This document shows positions 36,902-47,688 of a stretch of 64,000 nucleotides of DNA, piece by piece. Position numbers and translations under genes: made by a program. The notes under the pieces were generated by a model that was not told where the DNA came from, made no database searches, and saw nothing but the letters and a program-made list of their open reading frames with translations. Every line of letters starts with the position of its first letter. Position 1 is the stretch's first letter. The stretch comes from Anaeramoeba ignava BMAN (Eukaryota > Protista > Anaeramoebae): contig JAPDFW010000005.1 in NCBI GenBank assembly GCA_028826165.1, positions 36,418 to 100,417 of the forward strand, read 5' to 3'.

Positions 36902-38782
36902 ATGAATGAAATTATATTTTTTGGAAGAAATGAATATCCAATCCTTTTCAAAAATGAATCATTTAGAATAACAAAACCAATTCAATTTAAATTTGAAAAT
37001 GAAAATGAAAATGAAAATGAAAAACAAAATGAAAAACAAAATGAAAAAGAAAATGAAAATGAAAATGAAAATGAAAATGAAAATGAAAATGAAAATGAAA
37101 ATGAAAAACAAATTAAACAAATTTCATCAACTTATTTTTCAACAATTTTCCTTTTTAAAAATGGAAAAGCAATAGAATATTCAGATGAAGAATATTCAAA
37201 TCAAAATCCTTCAAAAATCCAAATTGAAAATATTCAAAAAGTAACTGTTGGTTATCGAAATGAAGCTATTTTAACAAAAGAAGGAAATGTATTTGCCAAA
37301 GGAAAAGATATTAATCCAAAAAATCCAAAAGAATTTATCAATATTTCATCATTAATTGAAGATACAAATGATAGAATAATTCAAGATATTGTTTCTGGAG
37401 ATAGTGCAATTTACTTATTAACTTCAAATCAAAATGCTTATGGAATTAGTTCAAATGAATATGGTCAACTTGGTTTTGATTCTAAAACACTTAAAAAAAC
37501 AAAAAAACCAATTTTAATGATGAAAAATGTTTCTAAAATATTTTCAGGAAATTCTTCAAATCATATTTTTCTTTTAAATTCAAATCAAGAATTATTTGGA
37601 TGCGGATATAATGAATTTGGTTCTCTTGGATTAGGAGAATCAAGAAAAGAAAGAAAAATCCAAAAATTAACCAAAATCCAAAATATTCCAAAAGGTAAAA
37701 TAATTGATATTCAATGTGGGCGTTGGCATTCAATAATGTTGATTGAAAATGAAAATGAAAATGAAAATCCAAAAAGAAAACTTTATTCATGTGGATCTTC
37801 TGGATTAAATGGAATTGATAAATATGGGCAAAATACTTATGAATTTACTGAAATCAAATCATCTTTATTTGAAAATGATGATAATATTATTGATTTTTCT
37901 GTTGGGTTTCTTCATAATTTGATTTTAACTTCCAATTCAAAATTATTTTCATTTGGGAATAATGATTATGGTCAATTAGGAACTGGAAATACAAATGATC
38001 AACTAATTCCAACTCAAATTGAACTTCCTAAATTAAGATTTAATGAAAATATTTCTAATTATCATGTTTCTTGTGGATTTAACAAATCATTTCTTTATTA
38101 TTCTCCTTTTCTTTCTAATCTTGAAGAAGATTTGATAAAATTATTTGAAAGAAAAGAATTTTGTGATATTTCATTTAAAACCAAAAATGGAGAAATAATT
38201 GAAGCTCATAAATTAATATTGAAATATAGATTAAATCAAAATCAAAATCAAAATCAAAATCAAAATCAAAATGAAATTGAAAAACTTCAAGAAATTATTT
38301 CAAAAAAATCAATTAAAGAATCAAATCAAATATTTGAAATGATTTATTCAAACAGAATAATAAATCCAAAATTATATTCTGAAATCAAAGAAATTATAAA
38401 TTCAAATGAAAAAATTGAAGAAACAATGAAAAGAATTTATTTAAATGAAAATGAAAATGAAAAAGATTTTATAATTGAAAGAAAAGAAAAACAATATAAA
38501 TTCCCTAAATTAATATTAATAATGAGAAGTGAATTATATCGAGGAATGTTTTTATCTGTAACTGAAGATAAATCAAATAAAGTTACAGATTATAGTGAAT
38601 TAAGTAATAAATCATTTCAAATATTTGAATATTGGATTTATTCAAATCAAATTAAAGAAGAAATTCAAATTACACAAGAAATCATTAATGAAATTGAAAT
38701 TGGAATTGATTATTTTCAATTAAATCAAACAAATCCAAATTTATTTGATTTATTAATTAACAAATTTAATAATCAAAATTAA
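36902..38782 (+). CDS. RCC1-repeat propeller + BTB/POZ-like domains, copy 1
   Basis: GxNxxGQLG and CGxxH RCC1 motifs; LEEDLIKLFERKEFCDISF...AHKLIL BTB and a second degenerate BTB (PKLILIMRSELYRGMF...FEYWIYS). Confidence 0.92.
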   Translation: MNEIIFFGRNEYPILFKNESFRITKPIQFKFENENENENEKQNEKQNEKENENENENENENENENENEKQIKQISSTYFSTIFLFKNGKAIEYSDEEYSNQNPSKIQIENIQKVTVGYRNEAILTKEGNVFAKGKDINPKNPKEFINISSLIEDTNDRIIQDIVSGDSAIYLLTSNQNAYGISSNEYGQLGFDSKTLKKTKKPILMMKNVSKIFSGNSSNHIFLLNSNQELFGCGYNEFGSLGLGESRKERKIQKLTKIQNIPKGKIIDIQCGRWHSIMLIENENENENPKRKLYSCGSSGLNGIDKYGQNTYEFTEIKSSLFENDDNIIDFSVGFLHNLILTSNSKLFSFGNNDYGQLGTGNTNDQLIPTQIELPKLRFNENISNYHVSCGFNKSFLYYSPFLSNLEEDLIKLFERKEFCDISFKTKNGEIIEAHKLILKYRLNQNQNQNQNQNQNEIEKLQEIISKKSIKESNQIFEMIYSNRIINPKLYSEIKEIINSNEKIEETMKRIYLNENENEKDFIIERKEKQYKFPKLILIMRSELYRGMFLSVTEDKSNKVTDYSELSNKSFQIFEYWIYSNQIKEEIQITQEIINEIEIGIDYFQLNQTNPNLFDLLINKFNNQN

Positions 38783-39012
38783 TATTAAAATTAAAATTAA
38801 AATTAAAATTAAAATTAAAATTAAAATTAAAAATTAAAATTAAAATTAAAATTAAAATTAAAATTAAAATTAAAATTAAAATTAAAATTAAAATTAAAAT
38901 TAAAATTAAAATTAAAATTAAAATTAAAATTAAAATTAAAATTAAAATTAAAATTAAAATTAAAATTAAAATTAAAATTAAAATTAAAATTAAAATTAAA
39001 ATTAAAATTAAA
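38783..39012. repeat. (TAAAAT)n spacer between the tandem RCC1-BTB copies
   Basis: Near-perfect hexamer array. Confidence 0.9.
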
Positions 39013-39056
39013 AATAAATTTTAATTTTCCTTTTTTCATTTTTTTTCTTTTTAAAA

Positions 39057-40841
39057 ATGAATGATTGTTTATTTTTTGGTCAAAATAAATATCCAATCCT
39101 TTTCAAAAATGAACCAGAAAAAATAACAAAACCAATTCAATTTAAATTTGAAAATGAAAAACAAAATGAAAATGAAAATGAAAATGAAAAACAAATTAAA
39201 CAAATTGCATCAAGTTTTTTTTCAACAATTTTCCTTTTTAAAAATGGAAAAGCAATAGAATATTTAAATGAAGATGATTCAAATCAAAAACCTGAAAAAA
39301 TCCAAATTGAAAATATTCAAAAAGTAACTGTTGGTGTTCAAAATGAAGCTATTTTAACAATAGAAGGAAATGTATTTGCAAAAGGAAAAGATATTAATCC
39401 ATATAATCCAAAAGAATTTATCAATATTTCATCATTAATTGAAGATACAAATGATAGAATAATTCAAGATATTGTTTCTGGAGAGCATTCAATTTACTTA
39501 TTAACTTCAAATCAAAATGCTTATGGAATTGGTTCAAATAAATTTGGTCAACTTGGTTTAGATTCTAAAAAACTTAAAAAAGCAAAAAAACCAATTTTAA
39601 TGATGAAAAATGTTTCTAAAATATTTTCAGGAAATTCTTCAAATCATGTTTTTCTTTTAAATTCAAATCAAGAATTATTTGGATGTGGTTTAAATATTTT
39701 GGGTCAGATTGGATTAAAAAATAAATCTATTTTGGATATCTTCATTTCACATATAATCCAAATCCAAAATATTCCAAAAGGTAAAATAATTGATATTCAA
39801 TGTGGAAATATCCATTCAATAATGTTAATTGAAAATGAAAATCAAAATCAAAATCCAAAAAGAAAACTTTATTCATGTGGAGGATATAAATTAAATGGAC
39901 TTGGCAAAAATGGAAGTACAAAAGAATTTACTGAAATCAAATCATCTTTATTTGAAAATGATGATGATAATATTATTGATTTTTCTTGTGGATATTATCA
40001 TACTTTGATTTTAACTTCCAATTCAAAATTAATTGGATTTGGTGATAATGCTCATGGTCAATTAGGAACTGAAGATAAAAATGATCAATTAATTCCAACT
40101 CAAATTGAACTTCCTAAATTAAGATTTAATGAAAATATTTCCAATTATCATATTTCTTGTGGATCTTTCAAATCATTTCTTTATTATTCTCCTTTTCTTT
40201 CTAATCTTGAAGAAGATTTGATAAAACTATTTGAAAGAAAAGAATTTTGTGATATTTCATTTAAAACCAAAAATGGAGAAATAATTTCAGCTCATAAATT
40301 AATATTGAAATATAGATTAAATCAAAATCAAAATCAAATTGAAAAACTTCAAGAAATTATTTCAAAAAAATCAATTAAAGAATCAAATCAAATATTTGAA
40401 ATGATTTATTCAAACAATTCCAAAATAAATCCAAAATTATATTCTGAAATTAAAGAAATTATAAATTTAAATGAAAAAATTGAAGAAACAATGAAAAGAA
40501 TTTATTTAAATGAAAATGAAAAAGATTTTATAATTGAAAGAAAAGAAAAACAATATAAATTTCCTAAATTAATATTAATAATGAGAAGTGAATTATATCG
40601 AGGAATGTTTTTATCTGTAACAGAAGATAAATCTAATAAAGTTACAGATTATAGTGAATTAAGTGAAGAATCATTTCAAATATTTGAATATTGGATTTAT
40701 TCAAATCAAATTAAAAATGAAATTGAAATTACACAAGAAATCATTGATGAACTTCAAATTGGAATTGATTATTTTCAATTAAATCAAACAAATCCAAATT
40801 TATTTGATTTATTAATTAACAAATTTAATAATCAAAATTAA
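39057..40841 (+). CDS. RCC1-repeat propeller + BTB/POZ-like domains, copy 2 (tandem paralog)
   Basis: Colinear with copy 1, including ~45 bp of upstream sequence. Confidence 0.92.
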   Translation: MNDCLFFGQNKYPILFKNEPEKITKPIQFKFENEKQNENENENEKQIKQIASSFFSTIFLFKNGKAIEYLNEDDSNQKPEKIQIENIQKVTVGVQNEAILTIEGNVFAKGKDINPYNPKEFINISSLIEDTNDRIIQDIVSGEHSIYLLTSNQNAYGIGSNKFGQLGLDSKKLKKAKKPILMMKNVSKIFSGNSSNHVFLLNSNQELFGCGLNILGQIGLKNKSILDIFISHIIQIQNIPKGKIIDIQCGNIHSIMLIENENQNQNPKRKLYSCGGYKLNGLGKNGSTKEFTEIKSSLFENDDDNIIDFSCGYYHTLILTSNSKLIGFGDNAHGQLGTEDKNDQLIPTQIELPKLRFNENISNYHISCGSFKSFLYYSPFLSNLEEDLIKLFERKEFCDISFKTKNGEIISAHKLILKYRLNQNQNQIEKLQEIISKKSIKESNQIFEMIYSNNSKINPKLYSEIKEIINLNEKIEETMKRIYLNENEKDFIIERKEKQYKFPKLILIMRSELYRGMFLSVTEDKSNKVTDYSELSEESFQIFEYWIYSNQIKNEIEITQEIIDELQIGIDYFQLNQTNPNLFDLLINKFNNQN

Positions 40842-40849
40842 TAAAAAAT

Positions 40850-41258
40850 GAGAACTGATTTAATTTAATATTTAATTTATAAATTAATTTAAAAATATAA
40901 TTTAATATTTAATTTTATGTTTAAAACAATAATTTAATGTTTTAGATTTAAATATTTTATTATTTAAATATTTAACATATAAATATAAAAAATAAGAATA
41001 GATTTAATTTAATATTTAATTTATAAATTAATTTAAAAATATAATTTAATATTTAATTTTATGTTTAAAACAATAATTTATTGTTTTAGATTTAAATATT
41101 TTATTATTTAAATATTTAACATATAAATATAAAAAATAAGAATAGATTTAATTTAATATTTAATTTAATAAATTAATTTAAAAATATAATTTAATATTTA
41201 ATTTTATGTTTAAAATAATAATTTAATGTTTTAGATTTTAAATATTTTATTATTTAAA
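40850..41258. repeat. AT-rich tandem satellite, 144 bp unit, ~2.8 copies
   Basis: GATTTAATTTAATATTTAAT at 40857, 41001, 41145. Confidence 0.88.
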
Positions 41259-41637
41259 AATATTTTGAAAATTGATTTTTGAAATTAAAATTTTATCTTT
41301 TTGAATTAAATTGAATTAATATTAATTTGGAAATTTGTTTTAAAATTTAAATTTATTAATAATTTTTAAATTCCAAAAAAAAATTAAATTAAAAATTAAA
41401 TTAAAATAATTTTCCTTTTTTTTTAATAATAAAAATTAATAAAAATAATAATAATTTATTAATAAATTAATTTAAAATAATAAATTAAAAAGAAAATTAA
41501 ATTAATTATTAATTTAAATTTATTCTTATTTTTATATTTTTATTTATTTTCAAAATCCACTTTTTATTTATTTTTAAATTTTTTTTTCATTTTTTCCTTT
41601 TTAAAACACAAAAACACAAACAAAAACAAAAAACAAA

Positions 41638-43413
41638 ATGGATAATAATAATAATAATAACCAAATTCAAAATGCAAATCAAAACCAAAATCAAAATCAA
41701 AATGAAATGAAAAATTTAGAAAAAAAAGTAACAAAAAATTTAATTAAAGATTATTCAAACCTTTTAAATGGAAATTCATTTAAAGATTTTTCAATTTTTG
41801 TTGAGAATAAATCAAATCCTTTTGAAATTAAAGTTCATAAATCAATTTTATCTTCAAGATCTCCTTTTTTTAATAAGTTTTTAAAAGGGCAAAATGATAT
41901 TAATAAAATTTTTTTAAATCAATTTAATAAAAAAGAAATGGAATCAATTTTGAGTTATATTTATTATGGAAATATTTCTTTTGAGAATCAAGAAAATCTT
42001 ATCCAATTATTGGAAATTTCAATTTATTTTAAATTAAATTTATTGAAAGAAATTATTCAAAAAAAAATTTCAAATTCAATTAATTATTCAAATTTTTTCC
42101 AATTTTTATTCCAAAATCGAAATTTAAATTCAAATGAAATTGAAATAAAATGTTTTGAATTAATAAATCAAAATTTTTCCCAAATTCAAAATAATGAGAA
42201 TTTATTCAATTTAACTAAAGAAGAAATTATCAAATTTATTCAATTTAAACAAGAAAAAAAAGAAATTTTTCAATTTGATTTTTTTCAATTTTTGGATAAT
42301 TGGATTGAAAAAAGAATTAATTCATTAAAATTAAGGAAATATAAACACAAAATGAATGCAAAGAAAAGATTATTTCATTCTTTTTTTTCATTATTTGATA
42401 AAGATTCAATTTCAAAACAAGATTTTGATAAATTAAAACAATTTGATTTTTTTCCCAAATCTTTTTTAGTTGATATTCAAAACAAAGTTATTCAAGATAA
42501 TCAAAAAGAAATTGAAAACAAAGAGAAGGAAATTGAAGATAAAAACAAAGAAATTGAAAACAAAGAGAAAGAAAATCAACAAATGAAAATTGAAATTGAA
42601 AAGAAATGGAAGAAAGAAGTTGAAAACAAAGAGAAAGAGAATCAACAAATGAAAATTGAAATTGAAAAGAAATGGAAGAAAGAAATTAAAGAAAAAGAAA
42701 AGGAGAATGAACAAATGAAAATTGAAATTGAAAAGAAATGGAAGAAAGAAGTTGATGATTTGAAAGAAGAGAATCAAGATATGAAACCTGTTTTTGATAA
42801 ATATCGAGATCAATATCAAAAAGATTTGAAATCCAAATTTGAATTAATGGAATTACAAAAGATTTTTTCAGATTCAGGAATTGTTAAAGATATTGAATAT
42901 GTTAAGAAATTACAAGAATGGATAAATGATAATGATTTTTTTTCTAAAATGAAAAAAGGATTTTCAGCAAAAAGAGATGGATTTAATTCTCAAAATTGGC
43001 ATAAAGCAGTTGATGGGAAAGGAAAAACATTAGTTATTATCAAAACAAAAGATAATTTTATTTTTGGAGGTTTTACTCAAGTTGGATTTAAACATTCAAG
43101 TGGAGAATACATTAATGATTCAAGTGCATTTATTTTTTCATTAAGAAATGATAAAGGAGATAGAATACCTGCAAAGTTTACTTGTAAAGAACCTCAATAT
43201 GCAATTTGTTCTAATTTAAATTATGGTCCAATATTTGGTAATAATGGTGATGATTTTCGTTTAGAATCTAATTTACAACCTGGTTATTCAAATTTTGGTC
43301 ATAGTTATAATCTACCTAATGGAATTACTTATCAATCAAATGAAGCTAGAAGTTATTTAGCTGGTTCTTATTCTTCATGGATTGTTGATGAAGTTGAAAC
43401 TTATTTCATTTAA
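41638..43413 (+). CDS. BTB + BACK-like + coiled-coil repeat + TLDc domain protein
   Basis: FKDFSIFV...[18 protein letters not shown]; three KEKENQQMKIEIEKKWKKE-type repeats; FSAKRDGF...[17 protein letters not shown]...AFIFSL...YGPIFG...VDEVETY TLDc. Confidence 0.92.
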   Translation: MDNNNNNNQIQNANQNQNQNQNEMKNLEKKVTKNLIKDYSNLLNGNSFKDFSIFVENKSNPFEIKVHKSILSSRSPFFNKFLKGQNDINKIFLNQFNKKEMESILSYIYYGNISFENQENLIQLLEISIYFKLNLLKEIIQKKISNSINYSNFFQFLFQNRNLNSNEIEIKCFELINQNFSQIQNNENLFNLTKEEIIKFIQFKQEKKEIFQFDFFQFLDNWIEKRINSLKLRKYKHKMNAKKRLFHSFFSLFDKDSISKQDFDKLKQFDFFPKSFLVDIQNKVIQDNQKEIENKEKEIEDKNKEIENKEKENQQMKIEIEKKWKKEVENKEKENQQMKIEIEKKWKKEIKEKEKENEQMKIEIEKKWKKEVDDLKEENQDMKPVFDKYRDQYQKDLKSKFELMELQKIFSDSGIVKDIEYVKKLQEWINDNDFFSKMKKGFSAKRDGFNSQNWHKAVDGKGKTLVIIKTKDNFIFGGFTQVGFKHSSGEYINDSSAFIFSLRNDKGDRIPAKFTCKEPQYAICSNLNYGPIFGNNGDDFRLESNLQPGYSNFGHSYNLPNGITYQSNEARSYLAGSYSSWIVDEVETYFI

Positions 43414-43890
43414 AAATTAATTAATAATAAGAAAATCAAACTTTTTTTTTTTAATTTTTTTTTTTCAAAATTTAATTCAATTTTAATTTACTTTTAATCA
43501 AATTAATTTCTTTAAAATAATAAATAAAAAACAAATTTAATTTTAAATAATTTAATTTTAATTTAAAATATTTATTAAAAATTTAATTAATAAAAAATAA
43601 TCCAAAAAAAAAATAATAAATTTTAAAAAATTGAATATTTTTAATATAATAAATCAAAAATAAAAATTGAAAATAGAAATTAATAATAATTAAATTTAAA
43701 TTCATTAATTAAAAATATTAAAATAAAAAAAATCAAATAAAATTTATTATTAATTAATATTTAAATATTAATAAATTATAATCAAAATCAAAAAATAGAA
43801 TAATTAGTAAATTATTTTTTAGAAAGTTTATCTTATTCAATCATGTTAAATTCAATTTATTTAAAATTTTTTAATTTTTTAATTTTATTT

Positions 43891-44655
43891 TTTAATATAT
43901 TTTATTATAATTAAAATTGGAATAATAAATAATTAAAAATATTAATATAATAAATGAAAATATTATATTAAATTAAAATAAAATAAATTTAAATTAAATT
44001 ATTATTAAATATTATTAAAATTAAATATTTATATTTATTAAAATATTTATTCCACTTTTTAATATATTTTATTATAATTAAAATTAGAATAATAAATAAT
44101 CAAAAATATTAATATAATAAATGAAAATATTATATTAAATTAAATTAAAATAAATTTAAATTAAATTATTATTAATTATTATTAAAATTAAATATTTATA
44201 TTTATTAAAATATTTCAATTTTCTTTCAATTTTATTAAATTATTAAGGATAATTTTATATTATTTTAAATAAAGAAATATTAATGAAATATATAAAATAT
44301 AATTAATTCTAAATTTAATTATTTAATATTCTTTATTCCATTTTTGAAATAAAGTAATTAAAATATTTTATTAATTTTATTAAATTATTGGGAATAGTTT
44401 TATATTATTTTAAATAAAGAAATATTAATAAAATATATAAAATATAATTAATTTTAAATTTAATTATTTAATATTCTTTATTTCATTTTTGAAATAAATT
44501 AATGAAAATATTTTATCAATTTTATTAAATTATTGGGAATAGTTTTATATTATTTTAAATAAAGAAATATTAATAAAATATATAAAATATAATTAATTTT
44601 AAATTTAATTATTTAATATTCTTTATTCCATTTTTGAAATAAATTAATGAAAAGA
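43891..44655. repeat. Two adjacent AT-rich tandem arrays: 167 bp x2 (43891-44215) and 145 bp x~3 (44227-44655)
   Basis: AATATATTTTATTATAATTAAAATT at 43894 and 44061; TATTTTAAATAAAGAAATAT at 44261, 44406, 44551. Confidence 0.85.
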
Positions 44656-44958
44656 TTTTATAATTGAAAGAAAAGAAAAACAATATAAATTTCCAAAATT
44701 AATATTAATAATGAGAAGTGAATTATATCGAGGAATGTTTTTATCTGTAACAAATGATACTTCTAATAAAGTTACAGATTATAGTGAATTAAGTAATAAA
44801 TCATTTCAAATATTTGAATATTGGATTTATTCAAATCAAATTAAAGAAGAAATTCAAATTACACAAGAAATCATTAATGAAATTCAAATTGGAATTGATT
44901 ATTTTCAATTAAATCAAACAAATCCAAATTTATTTGATTTATTAATTAACAAATTTAA
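44648..44958 (+). pseudogene. 5'-truncated fragment of an RCC1-BTB gene (second BTB only)
   Basis: Near-identical to 38458-38768 and 40517-40828 (KDFIIERKEKQYKFPKLILIMRSELYRGMF...LLINKF); fused directly to the satellite. Confidence 0.85.
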
Positions 44959-45008
44959 AAATTCAAAAATTTTTTTTTCATTTTTTTCTTTCCAAATTTT
45001 ATTCAAAA

Positions 45009-46430
45009 ATGGAAACTTATTTAAATTTAGAAAAACTTTCAAATGATTTAAAAAATTTATTTCAAAATCAAAATGAAAATCAAAATGAAAATGAAAGTTA
45101 TTTTGATTTTGAAATAATTTGTGAACAAAATCAAATTTCATTTAAAACTCATAAATCAATTCTTTCTTCAAGAAGTGAATATTTTAAATCTCTTTTCAAT
45201 TCAAAAATGAAAGAATATCAAGAAAATAAATTAATTCTAAAAGATTTTTCAAGTCCAATTCTATTTTCAATATTGAATTATTTTTATTCAGGAAAAATTG
45301 AAATTAATTTAGAAAATGTTATTGAAATTTTAGTTTTTTCATCAAAATATTTAATTGATGAATTAATTGAAATTTCTTTAAAATTTATCAAAAAGAATTT
45401 CCAAATTGAAACTATTGTTGATGTTCTTAAATTATCTGAATCAATAAACTTAAATCAATTAATATATTCTTCTTATCAATTTATTTTAGAACATTTTGAA
45501 GAATTTATTAAAACTCCTTTTTTTCTTGAACTTGAAGAAAATCATTTAAATTCAATATTATTAAATGATGAAATTGAAACAGATGAATTTGAATTATTTC
45601 AATCAATAATAAAATGGGGAAAACATAAATTAAATATTAATCAAGAAAAAGAAGAAAAAGAAAGATTACAAAATCAAATTTCAAATCTTATTGATAAAAT
45701 AAGATTTATTGATTTCTCAAAAGAAGAACTTGAAGATGCATTGAAAGAAGATTTAATTCCAAATCATATTTCACAAAAATTAATTCAATTCCAAAAACTT
45801 CAAAAAGAAAAAGAAAAAGAATTAAATCAATTTATTCAAAAAGAAAATTCATTAATTTTCGAAACAAGATTTCATTTTGAATCTGATTCAGGAATTACTA
45901 AAGAAATCAAATATTTCAAGAAATTACAAGAATGGATAAATGATAATGATTTTTTTTCTAAAATGAAAAAAGGATTTTCAGCAAAAAGAGATGGATTTGA
46001 TTCTAAAAATTGGCATAAAGCAGTTGATGGAAAAGGAAAAACATTAGTTATTATCAAAACAAAAGATAATTTTATTTTTGGAGGATTTACTCAAGTTGGA
46101 TTTAATGGAAATACAGGATACATTAATGATTCAAATGCATTTATTTTTTCATTAAGAAATGATAAAAATAATAGAAAACCAGAAAAGTTCACATATAAAA
46201 ATGATGGTTATGCAATTTATTCTAATTTAAGTAATGGTGCAGTTTTTGGTGAAGGAAGTGGTGGAAATGATTTTCGTTTAAGTTCTAATTTACAACCTGG
46301 TTATTCAGATTTTGGTAGAAGTTATAATCTACCTAATGGAATTACTTATCAATCAAATGAAGCTAGAAGTTATTTAGCTGGTTCTTATTCTTCATGGATT
46401 GTTGATGAAGTTGAATCTTATTTTATTTAA
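45009..46430 (+). CDS. BTB + BACK + TLDc domain protein
   Basis: FDFEIIC...[34 protein letters not shown]...IRF BACK, TLDc closely related to that of 41638-43413. Confidence 0.93.
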   Translation: METYLNLEKLSNDLKNLFQNQNENQNENESYFDFEIICEQNQISFKTHKSILSSRSEYFKSLFNSKMKEYQENKLILKDFSSPILFSILNYFYSGKIEINLENVIEILVFSSKYLIDELIEISLKFIKKNFQIETIVDVLKLSESINLNQLIYSSYQFILEHFEEFIKTPFFLELEENHLNSILLNDEIETDEFELFQSIIKWGKHKLNINQEKEEKERLQNQISNLIDKIRFIDFSKEELEDALKEDLIPNHISQKLIQFQKLQKEKEKELNQFIQKENSLIFETRFHFESDSGITKEIKYFKKLQEWINDNDFFSKMKKGFSAKRDGFDSKNWHKAVDGKGKTLVIIKTKDNFIFGGFTQVGFNGNTGYINDSNAFIFSLRNDKNNRKPEKFTYKNDGYAIYSNLSNGAVFGEGSGGNDFRLSSNLQPGYSDFGRSYNLPNGITYQSNEARSYLAGSYSSWIVDEVESYFI

Positions 46431-46492
46431 AAAAATTAATTAATAAATCAAAATTTCATTTTTCATTTTTATTTTTTATTTTTGAATTGAAA

Positions 46493-47633
46493 ATGGAATT
46501 TGAAGATTTTTCAGTTGAAGAATTAACAACAATAGTAATAGATAATGGTTCAGGATCAACAAAAATAGGATTTTCAGGAGAAAATTCACCAAGATCAATT
46601 TTCCCATCAATAGTTGGAAGACCAAGATTTTCTGGAATGGTTGGAATGGGACAAAAAGATTCATATGTTGGAGATGAAGCATTTTCCAAAAGAGGAATAT
46701 TAAGAATTAAATTTCCAATAGAACATGGAATAGTCATAAATTGGGATGATATGGAAAAAATATGGCATCATGGTTTTTATAATGAATTAAGAGTTGCTCC
46801 TGAAGAACATCCTGTTTTAGTAACTGAGAACTTTTTGAATCCAAAATCAAACAGAGAGAAAATAACTGAAATCATGTTTGAAACATTTTCTGTTCCTGGT
46901 TTTAATCTTGAAAAACAAGCAGTTTTATCATTAATTTCAACTGGAAGATCAATTGGAATTGTTATTGAAATTGGAGATGGTGTTATTCAAATTGTCCCCA
47001 TTTATGAAAGATTTGTTTTACCAAATTCATCAAGTAAATTAAATTTAGCAGGAAGAGATTTAAATGAGTATTTAATGAAAATTTTAAATGAAAGAGGATA
47101 TCCATTTACAACAAGTGCTGAAAGACAAATTGTTAGAGATATTAAGGAAAAACATTGTTATGTTGCTTTGGATTTTGATAAAGAAATGAATGAAGAACAA
47201 ACACTAATTGAAAAAGATTATGAATTACCTGATAATCAAGTTATTACGTTTGGAAACGAAAGATTTAGAACTCCTGAAGTTTTGTTTCAACCTTCTTTTA
47301 TTGGAATGCAAGAATCAGGAATTCATCAAAAAACTTTTGATTCAATTATGAAATGTGATGAAGAAATTAGAAATGATTTGTTTTCTAATATTGTTTTATC
47401 TGGTGGTTCTTCTATGTTTCCTGGAATTAAACAAAGACTCAAAAAAGAAATTATTCAATTATCAGAAAATAAAGAAAACAAAATTAAAGTTATTGCTCTT
47501 TCTGAAAGAAAATATTCTGTTTGGATTGGTGGTTCAATGTTAGCTTCTCTTCCCTAATTTCATAGATTCATGTGTTTTAAAAGAAGAATATGATGAAATT
47601 GGACCTAAAATTATTGAAAGAAAATGTTTTTAA
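46493..47633 (+). CDS. Divergent actin paralog, intronless; 1-nt frameshift at ~47553 hides the normal C-terminus
   Basis: [47 protein letters not shown]; removing one C gives ...[28 protein letters not shown]. Confidence 0.93.
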
Positions 47634-47688
47634 AAAAGAAATTTTTTTTATTCCACTTTTTATTTCTTTAAAAAATATTATTTTGATT

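Noticed and set aside
38783-39012. (TTAAAA)n as a telomere
   Set aside because: Internal, flanked by genes and identical to the common intronic repeat; no chromosome end evident
36902-40841. Diversity-generating retroelement as the cause of RCC1 variability
   Set aside because: No reverse transcriptase or template repeat in the window, and the substitutions are not adenine-specific
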